Program-made: the position numbers and the translations under genes
Shown: positions 47,441-55,719 of the stretch, piece by piece
How positions within the stretch are numbered: the stretch's first letter is position 1
Layout of the letters: each line of letters starts with the position of its first letter
Assembly (NCBI GenBank): GCA_040394175.1
Contig: JBEBSS010000005.1
Location: forward strand, 32,909-96,908
Reading direction: 5' to 3'
DNA from: Leucobacter soli
Lineage (GTDB): Bacteria; Actinomycetota; Actinomycetes; Actinomycetales; Microbacteriaceae
Length of the DNA: 64,000 nucleotides
Notes under the pieces: generated by a model
Told to the model about the DNA's origin: nothing
The model's database searches: none
Seen by the model: the letters and a program-made list of their open reading frames with translations, nothing else

Positions 47441-48411
47441 ACCGGGAATCGCTCGGCGGCGCGCTCGCCGTGCTCGCTGCCGCATTCCTCTGGGGCACCA
47501 CAGGGACCGCCGCGACCTTCGCTCCCGATGTCGGACCCTTGGCCATGGGCGCCGCAGCGCTGGGCATCGGCGGCATGCTGCAGGCGGTCGTCGCGATACC
47601 CGCCCTCCGGCGGGATCGCGCCGGCCTCTGGCAACATCGCGCCACGGTCATCTCCGGCGCGGTAGCCGTAGCGATCTATCCACTCGCCTTCTACAGCTCG
47701 ATGCACCTTGCGGGGGTCGCCGTCGGTACCGTCGTCTCGCTCGGCTCCGCACCGATCGCATCGGGCGTCCTGGAACGCGTGATCGAAGGGCGCAGACTCA
47801 GCCGTCGATGGATCCTCGCCGCCGCACTGGGAATTTCAGGGAGCGCAGTGCTCTGCGCAGGAAAGATGCAGGAGGCGCCGAGCGACGCGCTCCCCGTCGT
47901 CGGGGGCGTCGTCCTCGGCCTCGTCGCCGGAGCGACGTACGCCCTCTACTCCTGGAGCGCGCATCGCCTCATGGGCAACGGCGTACCCCGCGCAGCGGCG
48001 ATGGGGGCAGTCTTCGGAATGGGCGGCCTCGCCCTGATGCCCGTGCTCCTGCTGACCGGCGGGCCACTCATCGCCTCCGCCCAAGCATTCGCGGTGGGAG
48101 CGTACATGGCGCTCATCCCCATGTTCCTCGGTTATCTGCTCTTCGGGTTCGGGCTCACCCGCGTTCCGGCGAGCACCGCGACGACGCTCACGCTCGCCGA
48201 ACCCGCGATCGCCGCCGTCCTTGCGGTAGTCATCGTCGGCGAGCGGCTGCCCCCGATCGGATGGGGTGGGCTCGCGGGGATCTGCGCCTCACTCCTGGTT
48301 CTCTCGATCCGCCCGGCATCGCAGCACGACGCCTCGCCCTCCCAATTCGCAGGCGTATCGACGCAAGAACTCCCCCTCACGGCGGAAGCGACGCGGACTC
48401 CCGGCGCATAA
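47437..48411 (+). CDS. EamA/DMT-family transporter
   Basis: 'LWGTTGT', about 10 TM, 'LTLAEP.IAAVLA....GE.L'; GTG overlaps the TetR stop. Confidence 0.92.
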   Translation: MNRESLGGALAVLAAAFLWGTTGTAATFAPDVGPLAMGAAALGIGGMLQAVVAIPALRRDRAGLWQHRATVISGAVAVAIYPLAFYSSMHLAGVAVGTVVSLGSAPIASGVLERVIEGRRLSRRWILAAALGISGSAVLCAGKMQEAPSDALPVVGGVVLGLVAGATYALYSWSAHRLMGNGVPRAAAMGAVFGMGGLALMPVLLLTGGPLIASAQAFAVGAYMALIPMFLGYLLFGFGLTRVPASTATTLTLAEPAIAAVLAVVIVGERLPPIGWGGLAGICASLLVLSIRPASQHDASPSQFAGVSTQELPLTAEATRTPGA

Positions 48412-48421
48412 GCTCGAAGGC

Positions 48422-48589
48422 ATGAGCGACACCCCGAAGACACGCCCGAACTGGTGGGCCGGAATGCTCGCCTTCCTCTTCTTGCTGCCGATCGGCACTC
48501 TCTCATTCGAGAGCTTCACCTCCGCGGTCATTCTCGCGATCGTCGGCGGGGCCGTTGGGGCGTTCCTCTTCCCCGCAAGGGCGACGTGA
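48422..48589 (+). CDS. Small 2-TM membrane protein (55 aa)
   Basis: MSDTPKTRPNWWAGMLAFLFLLPIG...; GAAGG RBS. Confidence 0.6.
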   Translation: MSDTPKTRPNWWAGMLAFLFLLPIGTLSFESFTSAVILAIVGGAVGAFLFPARAT

Positions 48590-48641
48590 CCGAGCACACG
48601 TCCGCGCGGGTGCAGCGAGCAGCGCGAACAGGCTCGGTCTC

Positions 48642-48866
48642 TCAGCACCCTGGGAACTCGTCGTCCTCGTAGCGTCGCTTCCGCTGCGGCTTCGTCGTGG
48701 CCTTCAGATACAGCCGGACGAGCGCCTGCTTCTTGATGAGGTAGGCGCGTGGTTCGATCTCGCCGCGTTCCTGTTGCGCCTCGAGCTCGGCGATCGATGC
48801 GGCGGTGTACTCGGCGTCAAAGACCCCGGTACCCCGGTCGAGGTTGTCGTTCTCCCGGACGTTCAT
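48642..48866 (-). CDS. Small hypothetical protein (74 aa), SHOCT-like helix
   Basis: GGAGG RBS before ATG 48866; 'IAELEAQQERGEI....Y..KK..L' resembles SHOCT. Confidence 0.65.
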   Translation of the reverse strand: MNVRENDNLDRGTGVFDAEYTAASIAELEAQQERGEIEPRAYLIKKQALVRLYLKATTKPQRKRRYEDDEFPGC

Positions 48867-49032
48867 TCCCACCTCCAGCGCAAGGTGGGCTGATCACGCG
48901 CACTCACCCGCCGTGTCACTGCTCTCGGCCGCTCCCGAGGTGCAGGGATCACGCGGCGCGGTTCGGCAGCGATCCGCAGGCACGGGAATGCGGCATCCTG
49001 CTCCATCTCCCACCACCCATCTCACCTTGAAT

Positions 49033-49048
49033 TCGAATCCATGTTCGA
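49033..49048. promoter_or_regulatory. LexA (SOS) box
   Basis: Minus strand TCGAAC-ATGG-ATTCGA; one mismatch from the actinobacterial TCGAAC-N4-GTTCGA. Confidence 0.65.
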
Positions 49049-49054
49049 ATCAGA

Positions 49055-49076
49055 ATGATACGCCGCCTGGCTGACA
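49055..49076 (-). promoter_or_regulatory. PafBC-activated (RecA-NDp-type) DNA-damage promoter
   Basis: Minus strand TGTCAG-N10(CCAGGCGGCG)-TATCAT, matching TGTCRG-N10-TA-N3-T with exact spacing. Confidence 0.7.
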
Positions 49077-49190
49077 ATGCTGGACGGCCACCCGAGTGCG
49101 TTCGACGCAGGAGCTGCGGCGGGTCTGTGCCCTCCTGTCGCTCTCGCGGCTGCTGCGCGTGCCGAGCCACAAGCAATAGGAGTGGCGAGC

Positions 49191-49502
49191 TCAGCCCATG
49201 CCGAGTCCATACCCGAACCAGACGAGCATGGCGAGAAGAAACAGGAGGAGGGGACCCGCGAGCAGGAGGACCAGAGTAGTGATCGCGAGTTTCCGGGGCT
49301 CTCTGCGAACCAACGAAATGATCGCGAGGGTCACACCGGCAACATACGATCCGATAACAACGATGTTCGCGATGATGCCATCGAAACCTCCCGGGACGAG
49401 TCCGCCTCCGAGCTTGAGAAACAGGAACACGGCCCAGCACGCGAGGACGGTGATGAGTGCTGCGCGTCCTCTGGGGGCGAGAGTCGTGTGGGTGTGAGCC
49501 AT
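49191..49502 (-). CDS. Small 3-TM membrane protein (103 aa)
   Basis: Three hydrophobic segments; plausible composition. Confidence 0.7.
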   Translation of the reverse strand: MAHTHTTLAPRGRAALITVLACWAVFLFLKLGGGLVPGGFDGIIANIVVIGSYVAGVTLAIISLVRREPRKLAITTLVLLLAGPLLLFLLAMLVWFGYGLGMG

Positions 49503-49691
49503 GAAGCAAGCCTAGCCATGTGGATTCCGCGCCGGTATCGCCTGGACGCCTCGAGCGGCGCTCGTACGCGCGGCGCTCGCGCCGGGAACCCGCCTCGGAA
49601 CCGGGGAGGGGCATCGGCGGTGAGGCGCATCTCGCCGCCATCGCCTGAGGGGGAGGCAGCGGGTGGGCGAACTCGAATCACGAGGCAAGAC

Positions 49692-49735
49692 GAAAGCCCC
49701 TACTTCCCATTGTTCTTCAGGAAGTAGGGGCTTTC
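49692..49735 (-). terminator. Hairpin immediately downstream of tRNA-Ser
   Basis: 16-bp perfect inverted repeat GAAAGCCCCTACTTCC / GGAAGTAGGGGCTTTC with a 12-nt loop. Confidence 0.75.
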
Positions 49736-49739
49736 TCAC

Positions 49740-49828
49740 TGGCGGTGACGGCGGGATTTGAACCCGCGGTAGGGGTTGCCTACACAACATTTCGAGTGTT
49801 GCACCTTCGGCCGCTCGGACACGTCACC
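49740..49828 (-). tRNA. tRNA-Ser (anticodon CGA), 89 nt, CCA encoded
   Basis: GGTGACG acceptor, D-loop GAGCGGCCGAAG, anticodon arm CAACA-CTCGAAA-TGTTG, long variable arm, GGTTCAAATCC T-loop, ends GCCA. Confidence 0.97.
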
Positions 49829-49838
49829 GCGGACAAGC

Positions 49839-50807
49839 TTACGCGATTCCAGTTTCGAACGCGAATCGAGGCGCGGGGCGCAGCGCCCCCTGTGTTCCCA
49901 TGACCTTCATCATGAGACGCGCGATCGTCTTCGCAGTGATTCCGCGCACATCGAGCGCCGGTTGGAACTCGGTGAACACGAGTCCCGCGACCGAACCTCG
50001 TTCAGCGAGACCGCCGAGGATCGTACCAATCTGCATGAAATCGACCCCGCCAGGCTCGGGCCAGCCGACTGCCGGAGCAATGGCCGGGTCAAGGCCGTCG
50101 CAGTCGATCGTGATCAGCCACGGCAGGTCGTTCGGCAACGACTCGAGCAGTGCCGTCGCGCCCTGCTCGTGCAGCTCCCATGCCGTGACGATGCGATTGC
50201 CAGCTGCGCGAGCCTCCTCCACATCGCTGACGCGCGCGCTGCCCATGGAGCGCAGCCCGATCTGCACGACCTCGTTCACGCATTCGAGCTCCCGAATCCG
50301 ACGGATCGGGCTGGAGAACCCGCGGGAGACTCCGTAGCGCTCCTCACGGAAGTCGAGGTGCGCATCGACATGCAGCACGTTGAAGCGCGTGCCCAGCCCC
50401 TCGAATGCGCCGACCACGATCGGAGGGATCGAGTCGAGGCCGCCCACCACGAGCGGGACTACGCCGGCTTGTGCGAGCGGACGGATCTTCTCGATCCCCG
50501 TCTCCCAGATGGCGTCGGGGTTGCGGACATCGGAGGGCACGTCTCCGCAGTCGGTGACGGTCGGGGTCCCGTCCGCGAACACTGCATGCCCCGTGTCGAA
50601 ATTCATGTGGTCCCAGTTGAACGCGACGCCCATGTCGTAGGTCATCTGACGCACCGCGTCGGCGGCTCCGGCGCAAGCGACCAGATCGACTGCGTGATAC
50701 GGCGGACCGTAGGGAATACCGAGGAAGGCGAAGGGCGTACGCACCTTCGAGGTGTCCTCTTCCCTGCTCGATCCCATAAATCGAAGATCCTTCTGCTCGA
50801 ATTCCAT
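49839..50807 (-). CDS. Ureohydrolase (agmatinase/arginase fold), non-canonical active site
   Basis: 'LGIPY', 'DCGD', GGLDSIP, HVDAHLD, 'SSPIRR', IDCDGLDP, 'PEPGG', 'EFQP'; AAGGAG RBS before ATG 50807. Confidence 0.88.
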   Translation of the reverse strand: MEFEQKDLRFMGSSREEDTSKVRTPFAFLGIPYGPPYHAVDLVACAGAADAVRQMTYDMGVAFNWDHMNFDTGHAVFADGTPTVTDCGDVPSDVRNPDAIWETGIEKIRPLAQAGVVPLVVGGLDSIPPIVVGAFEGLGTRFNVLHVDAHLDFREERYGVSRGFSSPIRRIRELECVNEVVQIGLRSMGSARVSDVEEARAAGNRIVTAWELHEQGATALLESLPNDLPWLITIDCDGLDPAIAPAVGWPEPGGVDFMQIGTILGGLAERGSVAGLVFTEFQPALDVRGITAKTIARLMMKVMGTQGALRPAPRFAFETGIA

Positions 50808-50901
50808 CGTCTTCAGCTCCTTGCTTTCTACTTCACTGATTCGTGTTCGGTGGCGGCCGGTCACCGGTTCTTCGCCGCCGGATGGCGACTCGGGCCGTTT
50901 T

Positions 50902-50950
50902 TGAGCGCACCGGACCGGGGCTCGGTGCCGAGCCCCGTCTCGGGTGCTCA
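50902..50950. other. Long intercistronic hairpin between ATPase and ureohydrolase genes
   Basis: CGGGGCTCGG / CCGAGCCCCG core (50916-50937) extended by GCACC/GGTGC and TGA/TCA. Confidence 0.5.
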
Positions 50951-50970
50951 CTGAGCGCGGGAGGCGCGCT

Positions 50971-51741
50971 TCAGAGGATGCGCGAGAGAAACGCTCTGGT
51001 TCGCTCGTGGGACGGCGCAGCCAGTACCTGTTCGCTCGGCCCTTGTTCGACGATCTGCCCGTCGTCCATGAAGATGACCCGACTGCCGACTTCTCGGGCG
51101 AAGCCGATTTCGTGCGTGACCACCACCATGGACATGCCGCTCTCAGAGGCGAGGTCTCGCATCACGGCGAGCACCTCCCCCACCAGCTCTGGGTCGAGTG
51201 CGGAAGTCGGTTCGTCGAACAGCATGACTTCTGGGCGCAGGGCCAGCGCGCGGGCGATCGCCACCCGCTGCTGCTGCCCTCCGGAGAGCTGCGCCGGGTA
51301 GGCGTTCTTCCGGTCGAAGAGCCCCACTCTGGCCAGGAGTTCGTCGCACCGTGCTCGCGCCTCGTCCTTGGAGACTCCGGAGACGCGGATCGGCGCTTCG
51401 ATGATGTTCTCTTCGACGGTCATGTGACCGAAGAGATGGAAGCGCTGAAAGACCATGCCGATCTTCGTGCGTTGACGGGCGACGTCCCGTTCGGGAATCG
51501 TTCGCAGTTCGGTTCCCTTTCGGGCGTAGCCCATGACCTCGTCTCCGACCCGCACGAGGCCCCGGGTGGGTTGTTCGAGGTGATTCAAGCAGCGCAGAAA
51601 GGTGCTCTTTCCCGATCCAGACGGACCGATGATGCAGACGACCTCTCCCGGCTGCAGCTCGAAGTCGATGCCCTTGAGCACCTCGTGCGTACCGAAGGTC
51701 TTGCGGATCCCGTGGGCTTCGATGATCGGTGTGACGCTCAT
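50971..51741 (-). CDS. Amino-acid ABC transporter ATP-binding protein (system C)
   Basis: [26 protein letters not shown]. Confidence 0.96.
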   Translation of the reverse strand: MSVTPIIEAHGIRKTFGTHEVLKGIDFELQPGEVVCIIGPSGSGKSTFLRCLNHLEQPTRGLVRVGDEVMGYARKGTELRTIPERDVARQRTKIGMVFQRFHLFGHMTVEENIIEAPIRVSGVSKDEARARCDELLARVGLFDRKNAYPAQLSGGQQQRVAIARALALRPEVMLFDEPTSALDPELVGEVLAVMRDLASESGMSMVVVTHEIGFAREVGSRVIFMDDGQIVEQGPSEQVLAAPSHERTRAFLSRIL

Positions 51742-52652
51742 GCCGTCCTCGCTCTCGTCGGTTTCGCTTGTGCGGCGGTCCGAGCGACGCCGCGGCCGAA
51801 GCGGATCTCGATGCGGCGCTGCAGAATGCTCAACACGCTGGTCGTTGCGAGATACCAGATCGTCGCGACGAGCAGCATCGGGATGATCTGGAAGTTCTTC
51901 GAGGCGATCAGCTGTGCCGAGTAGAGCAGTTCGGGCAGGGCGATCACCGAGACGAGCGAGGTGTACTTCAGCATGGAGATGGTCTCATTGCCCGTCGGCG
52001 GTACGATGACGCGCATCGCCTGCGGCAGTACGACTCGACGGAAGGAGAGCGTTCCGCGCATTCCGAGCGCCTGTGCCGCCTCTCGCTGACCCGCGTCGAC
52101 GGAGTTGAGTCCCGACCTGATGATCTCGGCCATGTAGGCCGACTCGTTCAGGGTGAGACCGATGATCGCGGCGCTGAGCGGACTGATAAGCGCATTGGCC
52201 GACCAGGCAAACACCGTTCCGGGGATCCCGATGACGGGAAAGAGCGCACCGAGGTTGAACCAGAGCAGCAGTTGCACGAGCACCGGGGTGCCGCGGAACA
52301 CCCAGAGGTAGGTCTGCGCCATGCCCCTGATGAAGGGGTTGTGCGAGGAATCCATCACCGCGAGCACGGTCCCGAGCAGGAATGAGCCGATCATGCAGCA
52401 GAGCGTCAAGAAGAGCGTGAGACCCAGCCCTGCCAGAATCCTGGGATCGAACAGGAACTCGAAGACGACCGGCCATCGAAAGCGATCGTTCGTCACCAGG
52501 ATGTAGACGACGAGGATCAGCGCCGCCAGGCACACACCGCCGGCGAGCCAGAAGCCTGGGCGGCGTGTGGGACGCACGGTCAGCGCGGCGAGGTCCAGCG
52601 GTGGAGCGAGTCCCGCTTCGGTCCCGCTCGACGCGCTGCGCGAAGAGGTCAC
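51738..52652 (-). CDS. Amino-acid ABC transporter permease (system C)
   Basis: '[11 protein letters not shown]', '[22 protein letters not shown]'; GTG 52652 overlaps the SBP stop. Confidence 0.95.
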   Translation of the reverse strand: MTSSRSASSGTEAGLAPPLDLAALTVRPTRRPGFWLAGGVCLAALILVVYILVTNDRFRWPVVFEFLFDPRILAGLGLTLFLTLCCMIGSFLLGTVLAVMDSSHNPFIRGMAQTYLWVFRGTPVLVQLLLWFNLGALFPVIGIPGTVFAWSANALISPLSAAIIGLTLNESAYMAEIIRSGLNSVDAGQREAAQALGMRGTLSFRRVVLPQAMRVIVPPTGNETISMLKYTSLVSVIALPELLYSAQLIASKNFQIIPMLLVATIWYLATTSVLSILQRRIEIRFGRGVARTAAQAKPTRARTA

Positions 52653-53527
52653 GCCTGTCCCTTGTTGATCGTGGCTTCGTTCAGATGCGTCGATTCGAGC
52701 ATTCCGTAGCCGTCGAGAATCTCGGCGTAGGTGCCGTTCTCGATCAACGCGTTCAGGGTCTCGACGAGCACGTCGGCGAGCGGGGAGCCCTTCGGCACGC
52801 CGATGCCGAGCGGGCCGGTGTTGAACGCCTCGCCGACGGCCCGGTATTGATCTGGGTGCTGCAGGGTCATGTATCCCCAGGTCGAGGGATCTCCCGAGGC
52901 GACTTCGATGCGTCCGCTGTCGAGAGCGGTGACCAAGGCGTTCACGTCTGGGAATACCTGCACCTCGATGGCGTCGCCCCCGTCGCAGGTCACCTCTTCG
53001 ATGGTGATGTGGGCCGCCGCGCCTCGCAGCACTCCGACGGTGTATCCGCACAGATCGTCGGGAGACGAGGGGTTCGCCTTGGAATCGGCGAGCACCATCA
53101 GGCCGTCGCCGCCGAGCACGTAGTCGACGAAGTCGATGGCGCCCTGTCGCTCCTTCGTGTCGAGCATGTCGGACATGATCACGTCGATCCGGTCGGCTTC
53201 GAGGCTGGGGATGAGGCTGTCGAAGCTCAGGTTGACGAACTCGACTTCGAGTCCGAGTTCCTCGCCGATGGCGCGGGCGAGGTCGGGATCGATGCCCATG
53301 TTCTCGTTGGTGCTGTCCTCCAACGCGGTCCACGGCATTCCCACCAAGGGCTCGGTACCGACTCGGAGCACGCCGGAGTCGACGATCTTCTGCGGCAGCG
53401 CCGCTTCTCCGTCTGCGGCCTGCCCTCCGACGGGTTCACCGGTGCACGCGCTCAGCGCCAATGCGGCTACGGCGACCAGGGTCGCTCCAAGTATGTTTCT
53501 CCGACGCTTCCGGGGTGAGCCGAGCAT
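52649..53527 (-). CDS. Polar amino-acid ABC transporter substrate-binding lipoprotein (system C)
   Basis: 'LSAC' lipobox; 'FDSLIPSLEADRID', 'DTKERQ..IDFVDY', 'ENGTY.EIL..YG'; start moved to ATG 53527. Confidence 0.92.
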   Translation of the reverse strand: MLGSPRKRRRNILGATLVAVAALALSACTGEPVGGQAADGEAALPQKIVDSGVLRVGTEPLVGMPWTALEDSTNENMGIDPDLARAIGEELGLEVEFVNLSFDSLIPSLEADRIDVIMSDMLDTKERQGAIDFVDYVLGGDGLMVLADSKANPSSPDDLCGYTVGVLRGAAAHITIEEVTCDGGDAIEVQVFPDVNALVTALDSGRIEVASGDPSTWGYMTLQHPDQYRAVGEAFNTGPLGIGVPKGSPLADVLVETLNALIENGTYAEILDGYGMLESTHLNEATINKGQA

Positions 53528-53674
53528 GACGTCCCTACCTTTCAATGACTACGCTGACGATTTGCAGGATGTGCGCCATTCTGTCTGAAATATTGCACCT
53601 CTTGCCACTTTGTTCTGAGCAAGCTGGAGATAATTCAATTAAGGATCTAGTTTTTGGGGAGCATTGGTGGAAAC

Positions 53675-54187
53675 ATGAACAATGTGAGTGATTTTCGAAA
53701 GTATCTTCTCGAGTCGAACTCGGTCACCGGCGCGGAGCTGGAGTTGCTCGAGTTGCTTGCCGACAAGGCGAGGATCAGCAATGCGCAACTTGCCGCGGCC
53801 ACGCGCACCGCCCCCTCGACCACGCTCAATCGAGTGAACACGATGCTCCGTTCGGGAACGATCCTCGGGTTTCACACTCGAATCGACCGGCGCTCGCTCG
53901 GGCTGCAATTGCAGGCGCTCGTGTCCATCTGCCTGCAGGACCAGGGGCCGAAGGTGATCCGGGACACGATGGACGAGATCATGCGCATTCCGTACGTGAC
54001 GTCGGTCATGAAGGTGACCGGGGCCTTTCACCTGATCGTGCAGGCCTACGCGCAGGACTCGGAGATGCTGCAGGACAACGTGCTGGATCCGATCAGTTCC
54101 ATCCCAGCGGTCGAGCGTACCGAGACAGCGCTCCTGCTTGCGCACCACAGGCGATCCAGCCTCCTCGGCGATTTCTACAGCGAGTGA
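53675..54187 (+). CDS. Lrp/AsnC-family regulator (divergent from system C)
   Basis: 'LLELL...ARISNAQLA.....APSTTLNRV..M...G.I.GF...IDR..LG', RAM domain. Confidence 0.92.
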   Translation: MNNVSDFRKYLLESNSVTGAELELLELLADKARISNAQLAAATRTAPSTTLNRVNTMLRSGTILGFHTRIDRRSLGLQLQALVSICLQDQGPKVIRDTMDEIMRIPYVTSVMKVTGAFHLIVQAYAQDSEMLQDNVLDPISSIPAVERTETALLLAHHRRSSLLGDFYSE

Positions 54188-54219
54188 CGCTCGCCCCAGG
54201 GCGGCGCAGCGCTCGTCGG

Positions 54220-54852
54220 TCAGGCGCTCTCGAAAACGCCCTGCACCGACGCGCTCACCGTGATCTCGGCGACCGTGACTTCCGCTCCGTGTGCGGAGTA
54301 GTCGGCCGATGCGGCGCGGGCCATCCCGCCGACGTAGCCGAAGTTCTGCGGACCGTCCGCGATGCTGACCACTCGAACGATCTGCTCTCCGAGCGCGTCT
54401 GCATAGTCGTCGGCGATCTCGCGCGCCGCGCCGACTGCGGCCTTGCGGGCGGTGCGCTCGCAGGCTCGTCTCGAGGCGTCGGTGAGCGCCCACTGCACCT
54501 CGGTCTCCGCGCCTGCGCTCGAGAGTTCTTCGACGAGCGCACCGACGATGTCGAGTTGCGAGAGCGTGATGCGCACCCGACTGCTGGTGACATGTTCGAC
54601 GATGACCTTCGAGCTCTCGCCCTCTTGATAGCTCTTGCGCGCCCATGTGCTCGGAGCATCGGCCGCATGCCAGGTCGCGTCTCCGCTGCTCCTCAGCTGC
54701 TGGGCTCGCGCGGCGATCCGGTTGTGCAGGGCCGTCGCGTCTGCCATGCTCTGCCCGCGGTCCGTCGACGCCACCGAGACTCGCGCCGTGATCGTGGCGC
54801 GTTCGGCTCGGTAGTGGGACTCGTGGGTACCGGTGGCATGGATCTGGGACAT
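54220..54852 (-). CDS. SIMPL (DUF541) domain protein
   Basis: 'G......AERATI...V', 'W.LT.......E..AR..AV..AR..A..YA.ALG', 'I.VSA.V...F'; start at ATG 54852. Confidence 0.85.
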   Translation of the reverse strand: MSQIHATGTHESHYRAERATITARVSVASTDRGQSMADATALHNRIAARAQQLRSSGDATWHAADAPSTWARKSYQEGESSKVIVEHVTSSRVRITLSQLDIVGALVEELSSAGAETEVQWALTDASRRACERTARKAAVGAAREIADDYADALGEQIVRVVSIADGPQNFGYVGGMARAASADYSAHGAEVTVAEITVSASVQGVFESA

Positions 54853-54856
54853 AGCC

Positions 54857-55426
54857 TCACGGTAACAGTTCGGGCAGGTACTCCGCTGCGAAGTCGAGCA
54901 GTTGTCGGCTCTTGGAGATGACCACACCGTCCCATTCGTCCTGCGTGGTGGAGCTGTCGGCGAAGTCCGACGGAACCTTGAACAGTTGCAGGGGTACGCC
55001 GAATCGTTCGCACACGACCGCGAAGGCGTAGCTCTCCATGTCGACGAGCGTGGCACCGAGCTCCGCGATATGCGCGCGTTGGCTGTCGTCCTGAACGAAG
55101 ACGTCGCCGGTTGCGATCATCGCGGTGTTCGGGGCGAGGATCTGCCCTGCGGGTACGACCTTCGGGGACGGAAGGGAGAAGTCGTGCTGCACCACGCCGT
55201 CGATTTGATAGACGGTGTCGAGTCGCGCCTCGTCGTCGATCGCACCAGCCGTGCCGAGCACGACGACCCGAGAGACCGCGCCGCGACCGGCGCTGAGGAG
55301 CGCTTCGGTCAGCGAGAGCGTCGCATTGATCTTTCCGACTCCGGTCACGAGATGGGGCACTCGGGCCTTGGCGAAGTGCTCGGCCTCGTCGGCATGCGCG
55401 AACACCAGCAACGTCGATCTCGTCAC
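54857..55426 (-). CDS. Nucleoside phosphorylase/nucleosidase, MTA/SAH nucleosidase (Pfs)-like
   Basis: 'VFAH.DEA', 'TGVGKINA', 'GTAG', 'IATGD.FV', 'VDMESYA.A', 'K.PSDFAD'; GTG start at 55426. Confidence 0.85.
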   Translation of the reverse strand: MTRSTLLVFAHADEAEHFAKARVPHLVTGVGKINATLSLTEALLSAGRGAVSRVVVLGTAGAIDDEARLDTVYQIDGVVQHDFSLPSPKVVPAGQILAPNTAMIATGDVFVQDDSQRAHIAELGATLVDMESYAFAVVCERFGVPLQLFKVPSDFADSSTTQDEWDGVVISKSRQLLDFAAEYLPELLP

Positions 55427-55499
55427 CCGGGCACCTCCTGAAGAATGGGAAAACCAGTTCATCCTAGCAATCTCACGGATTGTGGTGTAGAGTAAAAGG

Positions 55500-55719
55500 C
55501 TGAGCGTGCGATTCAGGATGCACCGCCCATCGAAGGGCCGGCCTCCGCTACTCCAATCGACACAGGCTCAGTGACAAAAGTCACCAGGCTCTCCCGAAGT
55601 TTGATCGGGAAGGGCCGGATCGCTACCCGGCATTCATTCGCCCGTTGCTTTCGCGATCCAGAATCGACCTTGCACAGGGTCGTGCAATTGCGCGCGTGTC
55701 GCGCCACGAAAGGACCATC
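55500..55719 (+). ncRNA. Unclassified structured 5' leader RNA (candidate cis-regulatory element)
   Basis: TAGAGT -10 at 55488-55493; CTGAGC/GCTCAG closing stem plus several hairpins and a mutually exclusive hairpin pair near the RBS; no known riboswitch consensus recognised. Confidence 0.45.

Noticed and set aside
49022-49024. TGA read-through or selenocysteine recoding joining MDSNSR to the 47-aa ORF
   Set aside because: No SECIS-like hairpin or Sec machinery is evident and the context is not redox-like; a nonsense mutation or separate ORFs is simpler.
49077-49727. 216-aa plus-strand ORF next to the SOS box, as its possible target
   Set aside because: It is the antisense shadow of the 103-aa membrane gene, and the PafBC promoter points the other way.
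49740-49770. tRNA-Ser 3' end as the attachment site of an integrated element
   Set aside because: No integrase or phage/ICE gene is in the window and I found no duplicate of the tRNA 3' end by eye; an exact-match search would settle this.
18083-53675. Guanidine-I/II/III riboswitches upstream of the three importer/ureohydrolase cassettes
   Set aside because: I looked for ACGR twin hairpins, the ykkC-III CCGGACGAGG...GACAAGACGGCGC pattern and CTAGGGTTCC...ACAAAAGCCC and found none; protein regulators with operator-like sites are present instead.
55500-55620. Assignment of the leader to SAH, guanidine-I, yybP-ykoY or SAM-I riboswitches
   Set aside because: Only fragments match (CCAGGCTC, GACAAAAG, GGAGTAGC on the minus strand); the other essential consensus blocks and their order are missing.
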